Below, piece after piece: positions 18,661 to 26,575 of a stretch of 59,785 bases of DNA. Both the position numbers and the translations under genes were made by a program. Source of the stretch: Planctomycetota bacterium (GTDB lineage: Bacteria; Planctomycetota; Phycisphaerae; Sedimentisphaerales; Anaerobacaceae); assembly GCA_023139715.1 (NCBI GenBank), contig JAGLNB010000002.1, positions 1 to 59,785 of the forward strand. The letters are read 5' to 3'. The notes under the pieces were generated by a model that saw nothing but the letters and a program-made list of their open reading frames with translations, was not told the DNA's origin and did not search any database. Position 1 is the first letter of the stretch; the number at the start of each line of letters is the position of its first letter.

Positions 18661-19550
18661 TTTAAAACCCCCAGTTTATCCAATATTTGTTGTTCCCATT
18701 CACTCCGATTAAAATTTGTTTTGCTGTGACACGAGTTACACAATGGCACAAACTCACATTTAGAATCATCACATAAACAATTCTTATCATAATTTACATG
18801 ATGAATACATAACTTTTTACCATTATCAACCTCGGATTTATCACATAAAAAACATTTTCTATCAAACATATCTCTGATAGATTCTTTGAACGTGTTGTTG
18901 AATTTTATACAATATGGCTCGAATGATAACCCACCTTTCCATGATGGGTGATGCTTACCTTTTTGTTTTGTAGCCATACATTCCCTACTACAAAATGATT
19001 CGTTTATATCTTTTATTCTATTTTTTGTTCTAAATAATTCCTTACCACAATATCCACAACACACTTTGATTTTGTTTTTACTGTTGGCAACACTTACTTT
19101 ATTTTTAGCTTCGTCGGTATGTTTTCTACCTGTAAATGGTCCTATTTGTCCTTTATGTGCTTCACATTGTTTTTGTCTCCATTCATCTGTAACGTATTTC
19201 CCTCCATAATTTGGATTATTTTTTCCACGAACATCAGCATGATTTTTACTTATTTTTATTTTAGTTTCATCACTGTGATTTTTACCATACATATAATTAT
19301 TTTTGCCTGAATTAGCAGCACTTATTTTATCTCTGACATTACGGGGGACTTTTTTTCCATACATATAATGTTGTTTACCTTTTGTAGTTACACGGTTAAG
19401 ATTCATTCTTCGAAGAACATCATCCGAAGTTAATTTAGAATCTGGATATTTATTGATATATTCAGCTGTTGTTATTCTATGTATTCGCAAATGTAAAAAA
19501 TTGATTTTCCCAAATTTCTTTCCACAAATAGCACAAGTTACTTTATCCAT
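18657..19550 (-). CDS. HNH homing endonuclease with NUMOD3-like repeats
   Basis: Repeated GKxHSDETKxKIS-type modules; C-terminal CIHHVNYDK..CNSCHSK; N-terminal CAICGKKF..HLRIH finger; start at the ATG after GGAG. Confidence 0.8.
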   Translation of the reverse strand: MDKVTCAICGKKFGKINFLHLRIHRITTAEYINKYPDSKLTSDDVLRRMNLNRVTTKGKQHYMYGKKVPRNVRDKISAANSGKNNYMYGKNHSDETKIKISKNHADVRGKNNPNYGGKYVTDEWRQKQCEAHKGQIGPFTGRKHTDEAKNKVSVANSKNKIKVCCGYCGKELFRTKNRIKDINESFCSRECMATKQKGKHHPSWKGGLSFEPYCIKFNNTFKESIRDMFDRKCFLCDKSEVDNGKKLCIHHVNYDKNCLCDDSKCEFVPLCNSCHSKTNFNRSEWEQQILDKLGVLN

Positions 19551-19718
19551 TATCATAATCTCCTGAACGATACTTATATTAGTCTGTGAGATTATATAGT
19601 TACCTATGGCGGGATATATCACTATCTCCTGAACAAAGATAGCTTTTTTTCCCGCCGTTTTAATCATAAATATACTCCATTGTGGCAGCATGGTAATCTA
19701 CGCTTTTTGTATTTGCCA

Positions 19719-19862
19719 TTACATTTCCACCCATGTGCAAGCCCCCACATTCACAAATACTGGGCAAATGGTGGGATGTGGTGCCAATTCAGGCAGTGAT
19801 GTATGACAGTTGCCGCCATAACTTGCACATATATAACAACTATTACAATAATAATCTTTCAT
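19719..19862 (-). CDS. Cys-rich micro-protein (47 aa)
   Basis: MKDYYCNSCYICASYGGNCHTSLPELAPHPTICPVFVNVGACTWVEM; TAATG overlap with the upstream gene. Confidence 0.5.
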   Translation of the reverse strand: MKDYYCNSCYICASYGGNCHTSLPELAPHPTICPVFVNVGACTWVEM

Positions 19863-20197
19863 TAGTCCACCCTGTCAAACTTGATATTAACTACCAGTTT
19901 TTGACCACGCAATCCCTTATAGTATTGCTCTTTCTCCGGTGTACTGCGCCGTACAGTCGTGAATAGTTCAGATGTATCCCATATAGGACCAGCACCTAAA
20001 AACAATAATACTAGACAGTCACCCTTCTTCGGTAGTGTGTAGTTCCCACCACAGTATAAATTTGTATCATACTCTTTGAATGTATCTGATAGGTCCTCAA
20101 ACTTGGAATTGAGTACTTCGATAAGCCGCACTTCACAACCGTCAATTACGTTTATTGGATGTTTTGAGTACCTGTGGCTGAACTTAATGATTCGCAT
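19862..20197 (-). CDS. hypothetical protein
   Basis: Compact operon position. Confidence 0.7.
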   Translation of the reverse strand: MRIIKFSHRYSKHPINVIDGCEVRLIEVLNSKFEDLSDTFKEYDTNLYCGGNYTLPKKGDCLVLLFLGAGPIWDTSELFTTVRRSTPEKEQYYKGLRGQKLVVNIKFDRVD

Positions 20198-20201
20198 AAT
20201 T

Positions 20202-20399
20202 CTACCGCTCCATTTTCCATTCTTTTATTTTGTTCAATGCACAAGACTGGCATAAATAATAAAGAACTTCTGGTTCTTGGCGGGACATTTTAGCCCATGA
20301 CTGTTTTTTGTTGGGATTTCCACAAATATCACATTCATCATTAAATTCACACTTTTCGAAATACATGTTGAGAATTGTATCATCAGCAATTCCAGGCAT
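20202..20399 (-). CDS. zinc-ribbon protein
   Basis: Start at MPGIADD (SD GGAGGATGTGG); CDICG..x..CQSC. Confidence 0.65.
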   Translation of the reverse strand: MPGIADDTILNMYFEKCEFNDECDICGNPNKKQSWAKMSRQEPEVLYYLCQSCALNKIKEWKMER

Positions 20400-20575
20400 T
20401 ATTCCACATCCTCCTTCTTCAATCCCAGCATACACGCCCTGAGCGCATCGCCCACCAGTTCAAGTTTCGATTCAGTGTCCGGATATGGTTCTATAATCAC
20501 AGCAAGGCAGGGTTTGACATCCCCGCCGTGTTCGATCTGTGATTTGAAGACTTTGACGCTATTGATTATATTCAT
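20399..20575 (-). CDS. small protein (58 aa)
   Basis: MNIINSVKVFKSQIEHGGDV...; SD GAGGTGA; TAATG overlap downstream and ATGA overlap upstream. Confidence 0.55.
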   Translation of the reverse strand: MNIINSVKVFKSQIEHGGDVKPCLAVIIEPYPDTESKLELVGDALRACMLGLKKEDVE

Positions 20576-20742
20576 GTGCTCACCTCAATAAACGATGCAT
20601 GTTTATCATGACGAATAATACAAAAACTTTTGTCGAATGTTTTGACACTATATTCATCAATCTCAACACTACATTTTAACACCACATCTGGTCTTGATGT
20701 AGGACCATATACACATCCAGTTTGGCATTCAAGCTTTGTCAT
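20572..20742 (-). CDS. small protein (56 aa)
   Basis: MTKLECQTGCVYGPTSRPDV...; ATGA overlaps at both ends. Confidence 0.55.
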   Translation of the reverse strand: MTKLECQTGCVYGPTSRPDVVLKCSVEIDEYSVKTFDKSFCIIRHDKHASFIEVST

Positions 20743-21059
20743 TCTTGCATCACTTCCAACACAGCATTAGCACAACTCTTCGCACATTTCATATCTTTCG
20801 AGAAGTATGCATAATTCAGTTCATCGAACATATCTGTGATATAGTACCCGGCTTCAACCTCTCTTATTATTGGCTCAACTTGTACATAATCCCCGACAGC
20901 TGAAATGAACAGTTCTACTTTAAGTTCATGCCCGTGATTACGCAGTACGTTTCTGATTGCTAATACACAATCTAATTTATTGTAAATGCAGTTGTTTAAC
21001 CAGCCAACCTGTTCTTTTACTCCTTTGATGTCATCACGACTGTACGTATGTATTGTCAT
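20739..21059 (-). CDS. hypothetical protein
   Basis: ATGA overlap with the upstream gene. Confidence 0.7.
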   Translation of the reverse strand: MTIHTYSRDDIKGVKEQVGWLNNCIYNKLDCVLAIRNVLRNHGHELKVELFISAVGDYVQVEPIIREVEAGYYITDMFDELNYAYFSKDMKCAKSCANAVLEVMQE

Positions 21060-22360
21060 GTATGCTCCTCCTTCACAGTATCAGGATAAAACTCATACTC
21101 TGCATCCTGGATGTCCTCTTTAGTCTCTGGCGCAGTGATGGCAATCCTTGCCTGTGCCTCAAGTTCAACGATCTTACTCTGCATCCCGGCTTTCCTGGTC
21201 ATCAGTTCGATTGTCTGTTTGTGCAGGTCGTCCATGTTACCAGGGTATTCTAAGTTTACTACATAGATTGTTTGTGCTGTTGGACTTCCTACTGGATTCA
21301 CAGATTGCGGTGCTATAGTCATCTTCAACGGTATGTCTGCCAGGACTCCACCTGTAAGGCTCTGTATGAAGAATAGGGATGAAAGTATGGATCTGATACT
21401 ATTGACCGATGTAGTCCTGAATTTATATACTCCTCCGAGACGGGGTGCGTCCTTCAATACTACAGACAGAATACCATTTGGTTTGCATTTTTTAGTTGCA
21501 AAGACAGGACATGTATCAGGATTACATACTAGTTCAGTTCCATCTGCTTGTACTGCCTTTTCACCATCACCGCTACACATACATTTTCCACCTTTGTATT
21601 GATTGAACCTGGTAAAAAAGTTCAGTGTTGGATTGTTATATAACAGTGATACATCCAACTCCTTACAGTCATCGCCTATAAGGCCCATAACTGCTGCGTC
21701 TGGTATAAAGTCGCCATTGTCATCTTTGTGTAGGGTCACTACCTCAAAATGATTGAACTTCTCGGGCGGGCGGTATTCATTACCTGCTCTTGATTTCTTC
21801 ATTTCGCCCTTGCGACCAATCTTGATCTTACCAATCTCTTTAAGTCCTGGTACAAATGTCTTGATCATTGTTCCTTGTGGGATAAATGGTGCTGGTGGTG
21901 CTGTTGAATGTACGATCTCAGCGGGTGCTTGTTTTGTCACCATTTCAGCCGTTACTTTAGCAGGATCATCATCTGAGAATGATTCTGTGTCTTTTATATA
22001 TTGAGCCGTTTCTTGGTTTATCGATTTCTCTGGCTGCACTGGTGTGGCCCCCTGCATGGTAGTAGTCACAATGATGTCTGCATCTGTCCTCGAAGGCATC
22101 CTGCCATCCTCTGCCTCGGTGATCATCTTACCAACTTTTTCCAATGTCTTGTGTTCGTCATCTTCGGCAATCTTCTTCCCATCGGCGTTGAAATATGCCT
22201 TGATCGGAGATTCGTTCAAGTTAACTACGATAGTTTTCATGCCGTGTTCCTGGGTATACATTCCTTGGAATTGTTCCTTTTCTGTGAATCCTGCGATTTC
22301 AAGCGCCTGTACTATTAATTCTTTCTTCTGTTCTGGTGTTGCTGTCATATCATCGTTCAT
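21056..22360 (-). CDS. conserved phage-type protein with Cys cluster (replication or recombination candidate)
   Basis: Start at MNDDM (SD CAGGAGGA); acidic N-terminal half; C-terminal KIGRKG..CMCSGDG..CNPDTCP..CKPNG..GGVYKFRTTS pattern; function not assigned. Confidence 0.6.
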   Translation of the reverse strand: MNDDMTATPEQKKELIVQALEIAGFTEKEQFQGMYTQEHGMKTIVVNLNESPIKAYFNADGKKIAEDDEHKTLEKVGKMITEAEDGRMPSRTDADIIVTTTMQGATPVQPEKSINQETAQYIKDTESFSDDDPAKVTAEMVTKQAPAEIVHSTAPPAPFIPQGTMIKTFVPGLKEIGKIKIGRKGEMKKSRAGNEYRPPEKFNHFEVVTLHKDDNGDFIPDAAVMGLIGDDCKELDVSLLYNNPTLNFFTRFNQYKGGKCMCSGDGEKAVQADGTELVCNPDTCPVFATKKCKPNGILSVVLKDAPRLGGVYKFRTTSVNSIRSILSSLFFIQSLTGGVLADIPLKMTIAPQSVNPVGSPTAQTIYVVNLEYPGNMDDLHKQTIELMTRKAGMQSKIVELEAQARIAITAPETKEDIQDAEYEFYPDTVKEEHT

Positions 22361-22362
22361 TA

Positions 22363-22551
22363 TTATTCCTCCTGTTTGTCTGGGCACAATGCTTTTCTCA
22401 TTGTTTTTATTATAAAATCAATTGCAGCTTCAGATAGATTATATTGTTGTATATCAACATATTCGCCTTTTTTCATATCATCAAACAAATGAGTGAGTGT
22501 TTCAATATCCTGCATATCCAAGATGTTGTTTTTGGTGGTCATATTTATCAT
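22363..22551 (-). CDS. hypothetical protein
   Basis: ATGA overlap with the upstream gene. Confidence 0.6.
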   Translation of the reverse strand: MINMTTKNNILDMQDIETLTHLFDDMKKGEYVDIQQYNLSEAAIDFIIKTMRKALCPDKQEE

Positions 22552-23108
22552 ACTCCACTCGCTGAATTCCTATATGCTGTTCTCTTCCGGTCAGTGTCTT
22601 TACCATACCCTGGCAGCCTGGGTTTAATATCCAATTCCATATCATTCCACCAGAACTCTTGTTTTGTCTCCTCTGAATATACAGAAACCACAAACACGTG
22701 CCCGTTATTCTTTTCTGCAATTCGTTTGAGGGTTGTAATTCTTCCAGCCAACTGAGAGTAAGGTAAAGATTCAATTCTTATTATACCCGCTGGGTCTGCA
22801 AACCTTGATTTTACGATAAGCGTTACCACGATATCCTCATACTTCTTGTCCATCATCTCTGCCCGGAGTTCAGCAGCCTGCACCTCAGATGGTAGATATA
22901 TCATCTTCGGCATTCCCGGGTCTTCTACTAAGTCGTCTCCGACTTTCTTCCTGGCATCTGCAAGCGAACTGCCACTACACCGCTGCCATGGCGAATCCGT
23001 AATTGTGCCAAGTTTCTGTGAATACATCAGGTAGTTGAATGTTTTCTCTGACTGCCTGGTTGGTGGTGCATGTTTGATTGTAAACTCACTTTTGGGTTTT
23101 TCATTCAT
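22548..23108 (-). CDS. hypothetical protein
   Basis: SD GGGAGG. Confidence 0.7.
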   Translation of the reverse strand: MNEKPKSEFTIKHAPPTRQSEKTFNYLMYSQKLGTITDSPWQRCSGSSLADARKKVGDDLVEDPGMPKMIYLPSEVQAAELRAEMMDKKYEDIVVTLIVKSRFADPAGIIRIESLPYSQLAGRITTLKRIAEKNNGHVFVVSVYSEETKQEFWWNDMELDIKPRLPGYGKDTDRKRTAYRNSASGV

Positions 23109-23268
23109 TATATTCTGCCTCCCGCTCTTGCATAGCTATCCTGGCCTCTCTGTTAATCAGTTGTATTTCAGCAGTTCTAAGATCAAGTGCTGCGGTGTCT
23201 TCCTCTCCGTATGTATTGCGGAAGTTGAGTGTTGTTGGTGGTTGTATGATGGTTGGTCCGAATGGCAT
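23101..23268 (-). CDS. small coiled-coil protein (55 aa)
   Basis: MPFGPTIIQPPTTLNFRNTYGEEDTAALDLRTAEIQLINREARIAMQEREAEYNE; abuts the upstream stop and has an 8-nt overlap downstream. Confidence 0.5.
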   Translation of the reverse strand: MPFGPTIIQPPTTLNFRNTYGEEDTAALDLRTAEIQLINREARIAMQEREAEYNE

Positions 23269-23571
23269 TCAGATCATCTCCAGCTTAAAAGCACTGAATG
23301 ACTGATATATTACTTTTGCTTTAGATTCTCCAAGCCATTTCCCTATTTGCAGGGCGATACAATTTGACATTGGACCTGATATTACAACACTCACATCACA
23401 TTCCACGTCTGGGATTTGATTAAATATCCACTCTTTTAATAGTTTCCTAGAATATATTGTGCTAGTAACACCCAGCGGTCCGCCTATTATCTCCCCCACG
23501 TCCATGGGTATTTTTCTCAAATTTATAGACACTTCAATTTGCTCGTCGGTTATGTTAGTCATATATTTCAT
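23269..23571 (-). CDS. hypothetical protein
   Basis: Alternative start at ATG 23562. Confidence 0.65.
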   Translation of the reverse strand: MKYMTNITDEQIEVSINLRKIPMDVGEIIGGPLGVTSTIYSRKLLKEWIFNQIPDVECDVSVVISGPMSNCIALQIGKWLGESKAKVIYQSFSAFKLEMI

Positions 23572-23598
23572 CTCATTTCATTTTGTGTTTTCATGAAA

Positions 23599-23790
23599 TT
23601 ACTTCTCAGTAAACATTTCTTCGATCTCTTCTTTGGTGTGTCCTTCTGCAAGTAACAATTCTGTGGCAGTCTTTTCACCTTCTCTGAATATCCTTAACAG
23701 CAAATCATGCCACGGCAATCCAATGAAGTTTTTAAGTCTGTTCAATTCTGTATATTCAGCATCGGTGAACTTTTCATTTAGATTTTTCAC
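23599..23790 (-). CDS. hypothetical protein (possible RHH-like)
   Basis: GTG start 7 nt after a strong AAGGAGG. Confidence 0.6.
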   Translation of the reverse strand: MKNLNEKFTDAEYTELNRLKNFIGLPWHDLLLRIFREGEKTATELLLAEGHTKEEIEEMFTEK

Positions 23791-23850
23791 TTAGTAGCCT
23801 CCTTAATGAGTTAGTTACTTAGTATGTACATATAGTATAAATAGTTACTG

Positions 23851-23883
23851 GTAAAAATATGTTGGTGGTCTGCTGGCACCACC
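23851..23883 (-). terminator. hairpin plus T-run downstream of the tRNA-like gene
   Basis: GGTGGT..ACCACC stem (23864-23883) followed by ATATTTTTAC on the minus strand. Confidence 0.5.
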
Positions 23884-23949
23884 GGGCCATTGCTTCTCCT
23901 AGTGTTCGCCGACGCCACTATACAACTTTCAACGGTGTATAGTCCGCAA

Positions 23950-24027
23950 TGCAGCCTGCCAGATTTGAACTGGCGATCTCCAAACCCCTTGAGTTTGGCG
24001 AGATAGTCCATGCTTCTCCAAGGCTAC
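23950..24027 (-). tRNA. tRNA-like gene with an expanded anticodon arm (no encoded CCA)
   Basis: GTAGCCT/AGGCTGC acceptor, GAGA/TCTC D stem with A14 and GG, GCCAG-TTCAAAT-CTGGC T arm, 5-nt variable loop. The anticodon arm CCAAA-CUCAAGGGG-UUUGG is 2 nt too long. Confidence 0.7.
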
Positions 24028-24039
24028 ATGATGTATTTA

Positions 24040-24320
24040 ATAGGAGGTTGCGACCCATGCTAGGAGAACACGGATCGCTGTTTTTTCTGTGGGAGGTGAT
24101 CTGCCGAAGAACGCTTTTGAAGCGCTAGGAATCAGGGAAAATGTAAACCTGCTTCGGCACGTTGGTTGTCTGTGATTGGAGGTTGCTGCGGGATGTCTTG
24201 AAACATCGGCGGGATAGTGATATTATTTGGGGGAGTGGATAGGATTCTCCCGCCGTCCCGCAGCTCGTTGATATTCGTATGATGGTTGTGGCAGGGTACG
24301 TGGCTGACGAACCCCGCCGG
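24040..24320. ncRNA. GC-rich structured non-coding island (candidate ncRNA or cis element)
   Basis: No credible ORF. Nested stems 24186-24193/24256-24263 and 24207-24214/24248-24255; stem 24103-24109/24152-24158; three GGAGGT motifs. Confidence 0.4.
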
Positions 24321-24325
24321 TTTGT

Positions 24326-24487
24326 TTAGTGTAATGCCTTTGGTTCTAGCTGATCCTTGAGCTCCATGAGTGCATTGATTACAACATCTGTCTTGTTGTA
24401 AAATCTTCTTGTTTCTGCCTGACGCTCTATGAACTCGTCCAATTCTAAAGGTATTCTATTGTGTATTACTGTTGTTTCTTTTGTCAT
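24326..24487 (-). CDS. ribbon-helix-helix transcription factor
   Basis: MTKETTVIHNRIPLELDEFIERQAETRRFYNKTDVVINALMEL fits the RHH layout; the track ORF extends to a TTG at 24565 (ATG also at 24553). Confidence 0.6.
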   Translation of the reverse strand: MTKETTVIHNRIPLELDEFIERQAETRRFYNKTDVVINALMELKDQLEPKALH

Positions 24488-24746
24488 GTGATGTCCTGTT
24501 ATTGTAAGAAAGTATAATGGCTCCCCGCCGCTAGTCGCTCTGTTGGTATCCATACAACCGTTCAAATCTCACCTATATACCAAACCTCCACCGGTCTTTT
24601 TACAGGAAGGTCTCATTGATGATTATATGGTTGATAACCAACAGCCCGTCAAAATTCTAAAGGTAGGTTTTCCAAGACCATCAATTTCCCTTTTGGCGTG
24701 GTTGCATTTGGGGTTATACTTCCATATATTACATTGTTTTATTGGC

Positions 24747-24766
24747 ATATATAGTTATGCATTGTT
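24747..24766 (-). promoter_or_regulatory. TATA-like promoter box, copy 1 of a 20-nt exact repeat
   Basis: ATATATAGTTATGCATTGTT is identical to 26854-26873; located in an intergenic gap. Confidence 0.45.
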
Positions 24767-24798
24767 TGTTTTTGTTATCAGTGCTATACATTTATATT

Positions 24799-24963
24799 TT
24801 AAATCTTAACATATTCTCCGTGTGGAGACATCTCTCTGAGCGATTCAAGTGAATCAAATACAAGCAAACACCCAATCCCGCCTATGGCATCAAAATCTAC
24901 TGGTTGATAATGTTCAACTGGGAGTTTTCGTACAATATTCATTAATACAAAATATTCACCCAT
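24799..24963 (-). CDS. small protein (54 aa)
   Basis: MGEYFVLMNIVRKLPVEHYQPVDFDAIGGIGCLLVFDSLESLREMSPHGEYVKI; TAATG overlap with the upstream gene. Confidence 0.5.
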   Translation of the reverse strand: MGEYFVLMNIVRKLPVEHYQPVDFDAIGGIGCLLVFDSLESLREMSPHGEYVKI

Positions 24964-25148
24964 TATCCCACCCCAATTGGAATCGCAACTTGTATTATTT
25001 CTCTTCCATTATCTGCTACATCTTCAAGTAACTTTTCTTCATTTGCATCTCCAACCCAACACTCAAATTTATAGTCTGTTGGTATTGCAGTACCAGTATA
25101 TGTCGAAAAACTATCATGTGAGATGTTTGCTATTTCAATTATGGTCAT
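24963..25148 (-). CDS. hypothetical acidic protein
   Basis: ATG 25148 (TGATG overlap with the upstream micro-ORF); the track start at 25157 is GTG. Confidence 0.6.
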   Translation of the reverse strand: MTIIEIANISHDSFSTYTGTAIPTDYKFECWVGDANEEKLLEDVADNGREIIQVAIPIGVG

Positions 25149-25228
25149 CAGTTCCACCCCTGGTCAACCGGCGGCACCTGGCAGCGATACCAGTCCGTGA
25201 GGTATTCGTTGGCTTCTTGTATGGTCAT
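25148..25228 (-). CDS. micro-protein (26 aa)
   Basis: MTIQEANEYLTDWYRCQVPPVDQGWN; SD GAGGATG 4 nt upstream. Confidence 0.4.
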   Translation of the reverse strand: MTIQEANEYLTDWYRCQVPPVDQGWN

Positions 25229-25241
25229 AGTACATCCTCTA

Positions 25242-25469
25242 TTAGCACAGGTGTTCAGGCACATATACAATCATAGTTATAATCTCAGAATCAGGATAAC
25301 AATACTGAGTTGTAGCATCCTTTTTTGTTTTAATTAAGTTTTCCTTAACTGTTTCTGCTTCAAGAATTATTGAGTTAAGTCGTGAGATGTAAGCATTTAA
25401 ATCACGCATACCAGATTTAAATCCTTCTTCATTGTTGGTCTGTATTTCGATTCTTGCGTCTGTCATCAT
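25242..25469 (-). CDS. hypothetical coiled-coil protein
   Basis: ATGA-type overlap with the upstream micro-ORF. Confidence 0.65.
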   Translation of the reverse strand: MMTDARIEIQTNNEEGFKSGMRDLNAYISRLNSIILEAETVKENLIKTKKDATTQYCYPDSEIITMIVYVPEHLC

Positions 25470-25606
25470 TCCACATCCTTAATTATATCAAATATTTTCT
25501 GAACCTGCTCTGGTGTGAGTGTCCTTGCATCAATTGCGTTGATCGAATGCGCAAGCTGGTTGAAATGTGCTTCAGCTTTGAGTTTGTTTCTCCATTCGTC
25601 GCCCAT
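25466..25606 (-). CDS. small protein (46 aa)
   Basis: MGDEWRNKLKAEAHFNQLAHSINAIDARTLTPEQVQKIFDIIKDVE; coupled to both neighbours. Confidence 0.5.
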   Translation of the reverse strand: MGDEWRNKLKAEAHFNQLAHSINAIDARTLTPEQVQKIFDIIKDVE

Positions 25607-25608
25607 GA

Positions 25609-25836
25609 TTATGCCGCCTTAAATTGAATCTTGTATTTTTCACATATTAATTCGAATTGATCAACTTGTGCTGGTGGTACATCCACAACATTCATGTGAT
25701 CCACAATGCCGCCTTCTTTGGTTGTTGATTCAATATACATATCTATAGCAATGGCACATATTTCATCGAAAAATGGATGAACATCGTTTTTCTCATTATA
25801 GTCATAAATTCTTGGTAGTTCTATATAAAATTTCAT
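25609..25836 (-). CDS. hypothetical acidic protein
   Basis: Compact operon position. Confidence 0.65.
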   Translation of the reverse strand: MKFYIELPRIYDYNEKNDVHPFFDEICAIAIDMYIESTTKEGGIVDHMNVVDVPPAQVDQFELICEKYKIQFKAA

Positions 25837-25838
25837 GA

Positions 25839-26018
25839 TTACACCGCCAGTCCTGACTTATCTCTCGGTACATCCGGCACACCACCGGACCCGAACAGAT
25901 ATGCCTTTATCGTCGCTAATTCTGTACGGACTGCTGCTAGGTCTTCCGGCATGTTGTGCTTAGATTCCAGCGCAGTTAGTCTTGTTCCGTGGTCTTGTAA
26001 GTCTGTTTTTACGCACAT
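25839..26018 (-). CDS. small protein (59 aa)
   Basis: MCVKTDLQDHGTRLTALESKHNMPEDLAAVRTELATIKAYLFGSGGVPDVPRDKSGLAV; SD GGTGA. Confidence 0.5.
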   Translation of the reverse strand: MCVKTDLQDHGTRLTALESKHNMPEDLAAVRTELATIKAYLFGSGGVPDVPRDKSGLAV

Positions 26019-26020
26019 AA

Positions 26021-26140
26021 TCAGTCACCATCAACCTTTTTTAATCCAAGTGATTCCCTCAAAAATTCCTGTGCACATTCAAGATGCATTGTCATATCAG
26101 TATCTGGTGGCAATTCTTTGCCGCATTTAATACATTTCAT
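26021..26140 (-). CDS. small Cys-containing protein (39 aa)
   Basis: MKCIKCGKELPPDTDMTMHLECAQEFLRESLGLKKVDGD; SD GGTGA. Confidence 0.5.
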   Translation of the reverse strand: MKCIKCGKELPPDTDMTMHLECAQEFLRESLGLKKVDGD

Positions 26141-26141
26141 T

Positions 26142-26348
26142 TTATTCACCACTTTTTATAAAGTATCCGCATCTGGTTCCATATAGTTCTTTACGTATTA
26201 TTATATCATCATTTTGTAGTTCACTTGCTGCCTCCAATGTTATATCAGCTCGGAGTTTAAAATGTGATACAATATCAACTGAATCAACACCCGGATTATT
26301 TTTTATGTATTCATTTACAGCAGGAACAAGGTATTTTTGTATGGACAT
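26142..26348 (-). CDS. winged-helix-like small protein
   Basis: Start at MSIQKY (SD GGTGAT); the track ORF extends to 26372. Confidence 0.55.
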   Translation of the reverse strand: MSIQKYLVPAVNEYIKNNPGVDSVDIVSHFKLRADITLEAASELQNDDIIIRKELYGTRCGYFIKSGE

Positions 26349-26349
26349 T

Positions 26350-26556
26350 TCAATCACCAAGCCCCTTATCAATCCGCTTCATCAGCGTTGAAAGCGACTT
26401 GTAGCCTTTGTGTCCTCTCTGAATCGTCTTAGGCGTGCAGATGCCAAGATCAAGCAGGTCGCTGTTTGATACGATTATGTATCGTACGTTATGTTGTTCG
26501 AATTCAATATCACGGTAATAACATTCACCGTTTATTATTTTTACTTCGTGTTGCAT
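26350..26556 (-). CDS. hypothetical protein
   Basis: Start at MQHEV after GGTGA; the track ORF extends to 26658, overlapping the upstream gene. Confidence 0.55.
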   Translation of the reverse strand: MQHEVKIINGECYYRDIEFEQHNVRYIIVSNSDLLDLGICTPKTIQRGHKGYKSLSTLMKRIDKGLGD

Positions 26557-26575
26557 TTTCATCACCAAATAAATA

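Noticed and set aside
23988-23998. Intron as the explanation for the long tRNA anticodon arm
   Set aside because: Only 2 extra nucleotides are present, which is far too short for a bulge-helix-bulge or group I intron.
23811-24011. 66-aa minus-strand ORF
   Set aside because: It is read straight through the tRNA-like gene and its terminator hairpins, so it is not a plausible protein.
24057-24128. 23-aa plus-strand ORF behind a strong AGGAGGT in the GC-rich island
   Set aside because: The same GGAGGTTGC motif recurs at 24178, followed only by ATG-TCT-TGA. The segment is dominated by RNA-like stems, so I treat it as non-coding until conservation says otherwise.
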